Source: Octopus vulgaris
Lineage: Eukaryota
Direction of reading: 5' to 3'
Length of the DNA: 64,000 bases
Assembly: GCA_951406725.2 (NCBI GenBank)
Contig: OX597814.1
Span: 212,102,001-212,166,000, forward strand
Shown here: piece by piece, positions 55,773-64,000 of the stretch
Numbering within the stretch: the stretch's first letter is position 1
Layout of the letters: each line of letters starts with the position of its first letter
Position numbers and translations under genes: made by a program
The notes under the pieces: generated by a model
Told to the model about the DNA's origin: nothing
Database searches by the model: none
What the model saw: the letters and a program-made list of their open reading frames with translations, nothing else

Positions 55773-56376
55773 TATATAAATATAAAAAATTATATAGACG
55801 AACCTGTCCGGAAAAATGTTTATAAAAATCGACTAAAAGAGGTGATAAAAATGAATTAGTAAAACATATCAATCGACTAAAAATTTTACCCATCCATTAA
55901 AAATATTTTAATAAAAGCAGTTCTTAGAAATGAGGCAAGTCCGGTATCCAAGGAGCGTAAGAGAGTTCCAAAAGAGGGTATATCATAATCCACATCTATG
56001 GCCATTTCGGGGGCTCACTGCCGCGGTCCGATTGCAAGTTAAAGCGCATTTTGTCAATGACCCGCTCATCGGGATGAAGAAGGCTCTATAGGAATTTCAC
56101 AATCAAGAAATAAGAATAGTACCCATATAGTAATTCTTGCGAAGTACTTCATGGTGAAAATCCTAGAGAGTACTGTTCATCCTGTTATAAAGTTTCCTTT
56201 CATCCCATTTGTGGGTAATAATATTTAAACTAATCGAGCACAGGGGGTGATTTAATCGATTTCCCGCTCCTCGACATTGCTGGTCTTATGCCAAAATTTG
56301 AAACTAATATTTGTGTTTACATTATTCGCACACACTCATACACACGTGCATACATTATATATAGATACATATAATT

Positions 56377-56435
<59 letters not shown>

Positions 56436-56440
<5 letters not shown>

Positions 56441-56657
56441 AACTTATACATAAGGGCTAAAGAAAATTATTTCAATGCCAATATGCTGATAACATACTTA
56501 TAAATACTTAATTTCCATATATTATTTACTCGCTACAGAAAAAAAACATTGCTATTGTAGCGAGTAAATAATATGTGGAAATTGACGATTTAATAGTCTG
56601 TTATCAGCATATTGGCATTGAAATAATTTTCTTTAGCCCTTATATATAAGTTGTTTG
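56436..56657. repeat. Inverted repeat with ~100-bp arms next to (TA)n
   Basis: aaacaacttatacataagggctaaagaaaattatttcaatgccaatatgctgataaca...tgttatcagcatattggcattgaaataattttctttagcccttatatataagttgttt, spacer about 18 bp. Confidence 0.88.
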
Positions 56658-57836
56658 TAATTTTAACCGTAAAGGTATTTTAATATGCTGCCACATTTTT
56701 TTGATGGAATTTTTTTTCTGTAAAAAAACTTCATCCTATATTAGTAGTATATACATATATGTATACACACCAGAACATTCCTAATAAACACACATGTTCA
56801 TGTGATCGATGATTCTCGCAGTTTTACTCGCTTTCTCTTGGGCTTATGATCAAAATAAGACCAAATACTGGAACATATATTACAAATGAATGAAATGTCT
56901 GTGGGAAAGAAAGAAACGCTAATTGAAGCCCATTGTGAAATCAAAGAAAGGAAGGAATATTTATCGATCGTCGTACAGAAATGTACCTAAAAAGGAAAGT
57001 TTTTGCATTGATAGGGCTTTATTTTTGAAACGAGTACATTTGAATAAAACTTGAAAGAAATGTGTTTGCAATTAGAATTGCCTGGTGAACTGAAGTAGAA
57101 GAGTAAATATTTTTGGAAGGGTCTCATGAAGCATTAAGAAATTCGAGAAAAATTCTAAAGAAATTGTTATATTTAACAAGGTTCTGTTTAAAAAAAAAAA
57201 ATATATATATATATATCTGTATATAATATAAAAATTGAATAGGTCCAAAATATTATTTTACGTTATTACGTCACGACTACAAAAGCAAAATTGTCGGTGG
57301 CTGGGCGGGTTTGTCGTTGTATGTGAAAGAAAAGCAGTAGTACTGAAACGGATTGTCTGAAGAGACAGAATTCTGTGTTTATGCACACGCGCAGCAGAAA
57401 AAAGAATCGGAAAAGAAAATCGAAAATGATCAGTGAATCTGATAGACCAGATATACAGAAGAATGTAAACAGTGATTTTGGTGATAATAAAAGGGAAATT
57501 TTATTAATACTATAGGTTTGCTATTGTTTTTAGCAAATTATCGACTCTAAATATATTTGGAAGAATAAATATAGAAATGTGGCAGAAATGACGTCAGATG
57601 CACAATACAAATTATAAAGACATATACTGCCAACCTGCATGAAATATTGTGAGATTCGGCAGCTGTTTCTATGTCCACTTAAGGTAGCCATCATATTTGG
57701 CAGATTTTCTGGTTAGATATTTCGCGTCCCCGTATGACTGTGCATATCGGCTTAGGTGAGTGTGCGTTTCAGAAATAAAGAGAGAAGTCGAGGTGGGGTT
57801 TATTCGAGAGTATAAAGGGATATATTTTATATATAA

Positions 57837-58234
57837 CTAGCAGTATCGCCCGGCGTTGCTCGGGTTTGTAAGAGAAATCACTATATAAGCAATTTTAGAG
57901 ATGTAAAGTATAATAGCCATCTCAATATGACTAGCCACAAAGGAGGGGTGATACTGTAGCCTTTTACGTTCTGAGATTTAATAATAAATTTTTAGAGAGT
58001 TACTTCCCTTATATAATAGCAAAAAAGGCATTAAAAATGGGAAAAATTCATGAAAATTTTTTTTTTAAATCGTAGACTCATCGAAGACGCGCGCTAATAC
58101 CCAGAAGGGCTTGATATGAATCACGATTATAAGATACCTGGTTTTGGTTAAACTGCACCGCAAAATGTTGGAGTAGTTAGGAATCTAAATCGTAGGAGAC
58201 AGACAGCACATAACCTCCCTTTTATATTTTAAGA
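57837..58234 (-). mobile_element. Non-autonomous Helitron-like element, copy 2
   Basis: Reverse complement of 38313-38714 with an internal variant segment. TC...CTAG termini, hairpin cccgagcaacgccggg. Confidence 0.85.
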
Positions 58235-58254
58235 TGTTATTCTTCTAAATAAAA

Positions 58255-58503
58255 ATATGCACCCTTTTAAAGCCTAGCCAGGCTCATGGGCCCGGTCTCG
58301 CGGTTTCAATGGCATATGTATTCTCCAGTTGGACGGACGCCAGTCCATCGCCACGTTACTCATTTTTGCCGGTTGAGTGGACTGGAGCAACGTGAAATGA
58401 AGTGTTTTGCTCAAGAACACAACGCGTCGCCCGGTTCAGTAATCGAAACCACAATCTTACGATCATGATGCTGACACCCTAACCACTAAGCCACGCGCCT
58501 CCA
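58255..58503 (-). mobile_element. tRNA-derived SINE
   Basis: Head tggaggcgcgtggcttagtggttagggtg..ggtttcgatt shared with the 41778 family, but with a different body and tail. Confidence 0.8.
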
Positions 58504-58669
58504 CATGTCATTTTTCTCTTACTGTTACTTCCAGCATTCTAATATCTAGAAAAACGTCACGGTACCGCTTCTGATCTGTATACGAGTGCACATGCTATAT
58601 AGTATTGTCTTAGTTTGCTAAATTTGATCCATGTGAATGTGTGTTGCATAATTATATATGGTTGTTAGC

Positions 58670-58898
58670 GGCGAGCTGGTAGAAACCTTAGCACGCCGGG
58701 CGAAATTCGTAGCCGTATTTCGTCTGTCGTTACGTTCCGAGTTCAAATTCCGCCGAGGTCGACTTTGCCTTTCATCCTTTCGGGGTCGATAAATTAACTA
58801 CCAGTTACGCACTGGGGGTCGATGTAGTCGACTTAATCCCTCTGTCTGTCCTTGTTTGTCCCCTCTGTGTTTAGCCCCTTGTGGGTAGTAAAGAAATA
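58670..58898 (+). mobile_element. tRNA-derived SINE with a Meta-domain-like core and 17-bp TSD
   Basis: Box B gagttcaaattcc, core gtcgactttgcctttcatcctttcggggtcgataaa. TSD tatatatggttgttagc at 58653-69 and 58899-915. Confidence 0.9.
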
Positions 58899-59544
58899 TA
58901 TATATGGTTGTTAGCCTATGCTTCTGCTATTGTGGTCTCGGTTGAGCTCTGGTCAATCCTAAGCGAACAGAATTATGTGAAAGCTATTGCAGAGATGATA
59001 ATCCGTCATTTTATATATCAGCGACTATATTTTCTTTTATGTCATCACAAACTTTAAGATGACAATCACTGCTAGGCTATAATTTCCTTTTTCGGAGCAT
59101 ACAATCTCTCTCTCTCTTAGTGCGTGTGTGTATATGTGTGTGCGTGCGTATGTGTGCGTTGGTGCGTGCTCATGTGCGTGCATCCTTGACGTGTTCATGT
59201 ATATTCTGAACTATTTTACGTTACAAAACAAGTAACCCTAGGTTTCCCAGGTGTCTTCTCAAAAGTTTTTGTCATTAGAGAATAAAAAATAAATAAATAT
59301 TCGATGATGAATCGAATACTAGCATTTCCATCACCGATATACGCTGACAGCATCGTTAATTCTAATTATTTGCCTAACGTAGATAGAACGTATCAGGATA
59401 TTTATTATTCGTTCATGGTGTTTTTGCGTACTTCTAATAGTTTGTAGTTTGCCAGTCTCGAAACGGACTCTGCTACTGGCTTTGTAAAGTATGAGTTCAT
59501 AAAACTATTTTCAGTGACATATTACGGTCGAGATTATCTTGTAT

Positions 59545-59563
59545 AACACACACACACACACAT

Positions 59564-59595
<32 letters not shown>

Positions 59596-59645
59596 TTGTA
59601 TATATATACATATATATATATGTATATATTCATATCAAGTGTATA

Positions 59646-59728
<83 letters not shown>

Positions 59729-59812
59729 TATATATGATATATATATATACATATATTAACACATATTTATATATGTATATATACATATATATATTAATAC
59801 ATATATATATTA

Positions 59813-59847
<35 letters not shown>

Positions 59848-59866
59848 TATATTATTAATATATATA

Positions 59867-59937
<71 letters not shown>

Positions 59938-59952
59938 TATATATATGTATAT
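59545..59952. repeat. Compound (CA)n/(TA)n microsatellite
   Basis: Directly visible. Confidence 0.95.
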
Positions 59953-61258
59953 AGGGAAAGGTTAGCTGTCATTTTCAATTTTATGCCACTCGTATTAGAA
60001 CGCTATGATTTAATTTCCTCTATGTCAGTTTAATATAATACCGATAAAGTTATGAGTTGAAAATATACGCCAAGATATTTATCTAATACATCGAACAATA
60101 TCTTCATCGATGAAATCGCCTATATCAATCATAGTTATAATGGTGATTATTTATGAATCTACCCTTGCATTTAATAAGTTATAATCTCTATTCTAAAGTG
60201 GTGGGGGCTAAACACAATTAACAAGCTGTATTCATAAATGCTAATATAAGCACGCAACATGTAGTAAACTTTATAGTTTTGTTAAATCACAGTGGGAGAT
60301 CATTTGTAGATACGTTGCGAGGAAGTACGACCGACGTTTGGTCGATTGATCTTTATATTTATAAACACAACGTGATCCCAATGATATTTGAAATTATAAG
60401 GCGATATCATATTTACTTTCATGCTGTACAGGCACGGATACTTGCATATAACTTGCGCACACACATACACATACGCGCGCGATTTTAATTAAATCCTTAT
60501 TAGAAGACTCATAGACGTACAACTTACATTTCAATTCTGATCTAACCTACGTCACACCAAAACATTGCTTTATCCTACTTTGAGAAAAATTGAGACTGAC
60601 AAATTAGTATTCGTCTCACCCCGTTTTCACTACTTATATTTGTCTACGAAGAAATACTCATTATTATACATATTATAAGACACAACTTGAAAATAAAGTA
60701 TTCGAAATTGACAGAATTCTGCAATCGTACATATCGTCTTAAAAACGTTCTCTGAGGGTAGACAGATATATTGTTTTCCGAACATCGATCAATTTATGTA
60801 CGAGTAACGACAGCAGGCACTTCTATCAGCATCGCTGCGCACGAAAGTTACAATGGTCAGCCAAATCAGTAAGTAAGTAGAATTCAATATATGAATGTCT
60901 GACTGTAAGGAAAAGAAATCTTGTTATTAAAATTTCTCCAGGCTAAGATCATGAACCGGACGAGTTGAGAACAGTGTTGGCTTGTTAAGTATATGTTGGA
61001 TACAATGTATTGCTGCTTCTTAGCCGCAGTGGATTATTCGTAACAAAACTATACGTCGGCAATAAAAAGTAAAAGGAATGAGTATTTTAATATGTCTACC
61101 CACGCTGCGAAGTCGGTACTGCGACTTACAATATACGTGTGTTTATACTTAAACAGACACGTACGTTATGTATGTATATGATTCATACAAACACACACAC
61201 ACACGCTGAAATACACACACATGTTCACTAAGTATAGAACATGTATATATATACATAC

Positions 61259-61389
<131 letters not shown>

Positions 61390-62676
61390 CTTTGGTTGCT
61401 GGAGAAGGGGTAGGATAACTGTCGTGATAACGTTACATATTGTAGAAATACGGGTGAACGACAATCGTTTTATCTCCAGACAATAAACAACTCTTCATTC
61501 TTGAGATAATATCTCCTTTTCATATAGATTTCGTCCCACTCATCAGTTGATAATTGTTAAGCATCTTCTAGAGGCGTATATTTTAAATATAAAAGAAATA
61601 TTGTTGCTGTCCTTTAATACATATATCTCTATTTTATTTTACTCTATATTAATTTGTGTGTATGCCTTTGGTCAGTAAGTCTTATTTCCTATTTGCTTGT
61701 ATCAAAAGAAATGACTATTATTCTCTTGCATTTGTAACCTGGACATAAGTATTTTGAAGCTAACCTATTTTCCATTACATTTCAGGCACATTCAATGGTG
61801 TGTTGCTGTAGCAGAACTATGGTTATAGCAAATATTCTGCTCAGTACCACAGATTTGCTTGTCAAAGGAAAGGGATGTTTCGGGGTTCGAAAAATGTAAC
61901 AAAATCAACATTTGAAGGAAGTATTTGCCATTTTTCATACTTTCTAGTAGTAAGCAAATAGGAAATGCCAGCTGTACCCCAAAGATAAAATATCATATTA
62001 CGCCGTGTTACTTGATCATAGTTTTATTTAATCAGGTTACGAATAGCAGAACTGTTGTTTATAGCTGACGATGCGATAAACCACAGAAATGCAAGAGTCT
62101 TACGATTCATAGCCTAATAATATGGTTTTCTATACTTTATCGAGGAAGATAATTTTCTTCTGGTCCTGTTTCAGCAGCGGAACGTCTCCTTACCTTGAAT
62201 ATAACCAATCGGAGTACACAGAAATATATCTTATTCAAAATCGCTGCCATTATATCTGACATCATCAAACGTACCTCATGCAACTGTAATGTAAATGTTT
62301 TCATTCGCAACGGTCTGTGAAATGCAGATTTGGTTTACTTTGATGATGATGGGTGCATTCTTCCGAACATCGATGTCAGTTACATCCCAGGCTGTGGTTT
62401 CACATATATCGTGAAGACGGGGGAATTTCTCCTGGGACTTCTCCTGCAACAGAACGTTTAACACATCCCAATACATTCGAAATAAGAGTTTACTCCAATA
62501 TATGTTAAATGTTCCGTGAAATCTTGTTTCTATCATTCTTGCCTCAACAAATTTTGGGTACGGCCAATGAAACACATGTTCTTCTAATAAGTATGAGTTC
62601 ATACCGCAACACGTTTAGAGGTATCGGTCGCACTGGCACAGTTTGTCTTGTTTATACGCAAATTTACTGCAAGATA

Positions 62677-62908
62677 TATTTCTTTATTGCCCACAAGGAA
62701 CTAAACATAGAGGGGACAAACAAGGACAGACGAACGGATTAAGTAGATTCTATCGACCCAAGTACGTAACTGGTACTTAATTTATCGACCCCGAAAAGAT
62801 GAAAGGCAAAGTCGACCTCGGCGGAATTTGAATTCGGAACGTAAAGGGCAGACGAAATACGGCTACGCATTTCGCCCGGCGTGCTAACGTTTCTGCCATC
62901 TCGCCGCC
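62677..62908 (-). mobile_element. SINE of the same family as 58670-58898, with 14-bp TSD
   Basis: Reverse-complement match to 58670-58898. TSD tttactgcaagata at 62663-76 and 62909-22. Confidence 0.9.
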
Positions 62909-63373
62909 TTTACTGCAAGATAGCGGTCTCAGAAAGCTCCCTAAACGACACCACGTGTTGAAGAATTTTGAATGTCTCAAACCAGCTCTGCGACTCGGTT
63001 AAATTGATCTAGAATGAAAGATGTCGATATTTTGCTTTTGTTACATATTGTTCAGTACTCTTTATTCGGATCACCTGCATCGAATTGAACGAGCAGTCTC
63101 AATCATATATCCTAATAATGTGGAGGCTATTCGCTCATGTGCTCTGGCGTAGCACATGTGACACAAAATAAATTTCAAATTGTTCATGGCCAGAATTCAA
63201 TTTCTTTTGAGCTGAGATGAGAAAATGGAGCTATAGCAATACCGAAATCATTATAAGTATAATTCTCGATTTCCTGGGGCGAGTTATCTCACTTGTCAGG
63301 AACATTCAGTGCGACCGATAACATTTAGTTTATTAGAGCTGCTTTTAACTTGATATGTAATATAATGATATAA

Positions 63374-63462
63374 AGGCGCGAGCATGGATGTGTGGTAGGA
63401 AGGGCGGGTTGACCAAGACTTGTGAGTGGTTTTGCTAGTCGGAAACTGAAAGAAGCTCTTCA
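63374..63462 (+). mobile_element. Deleted, degenerate SINE (38830 family)
   Basis: ggcgcgagcatggatgtgtggtaggaag..cttgtgagtgg..ggaaactgaaagaagc. Confidence 0.6.
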
Positions 63463-63541
63463 TTATATGTGCGTGTGCGTGTGCACGCGTGTGTGTGTAC
63501 ATATATACATACATCTGTATCTGTGTGTATGTATGTATGTT

Positions 63542-63616
<75 letters not shown>

Positions 63617-64000
63617 ATATAGGTGTTATTATGTGCCTGTATATTAGCGTGTGGCTTTGTGTGTTTTGTGTGTTAGCATAGGATATTTCTTCATAAATCT
63701 CACAATTTTCTTGAGTTGCAACAATGTGTCGTTGAGACATTTCGATTTCATGAATGTTGTAGTATTGTTTCTTCGTATTTATTGCAATCGTTTATTTGTG
63801 CTGCTTGGAGGGTCGTGTGTCATGTAACAGCAGAGAGCCATTACGTAGTTTGTGAGTATGGTAACAATATTACTTGTAAACAGGCACTGACCTGAGTTGG
63901 CTATTTAGAATTCAAGCGTGGTCTCATCGCCAGAGGAGCGTGCGAGTAAAAGCAACTCTCAGAATGCTTATAACACACTGAACAATGTCAAGTACATAAG

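Noticed and set aside
62276-62602. 108-aa minus-strand ORF with possible splice sites (ttgcag acceptor near 62445, gtacg donor near 62273)
   Set aside because: No recognisable domain and no partner exons. The frames open across the putative exon contain stops. Cannot be supported without RNA data.

Overview
AT-rich eukaryotic DNA, very rich in microsatellites, with no host gene I can support. The repeat content (tRNA-headed SINEs, RTE, Dong/R4, Tx1/L1, Penelope-like elements, mariner/Tc1, piggyBac, Helitron, long (TA)n/(CA)n/(TAT)n tracts) points to an intergenic or intronic region of an invertebrate, most likely an octopus (inference). Almost all listed ORFs are microsatellite artefacts or decayed transposon fragments. 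The most interesting observations are: (1) a non-coding ~459-bp tandem unit at 48.4-49.1 kb carrying an apparently intact type I hammerhead ribozyme, with a direct repeat plus an inverted copy, sitting in (TA)n (retrozyme-like or non-autonomous Penelope-like); (2) an 869-bp foldback element with an 8-bp TSD and TTAGGG telomeric repeats in both arms, inserted at the ORF1/ORF2 junction of a Tx1 LINE; (3) a nest of at least three Dong/R4-type retrotransposon lineages plus a fixed-length ~545-bp non-coding element, all in (TAA)n tracts; (4) Neptune- and Naiad-type Penelope-like remnants. All coordinates and alignments were read by eye.
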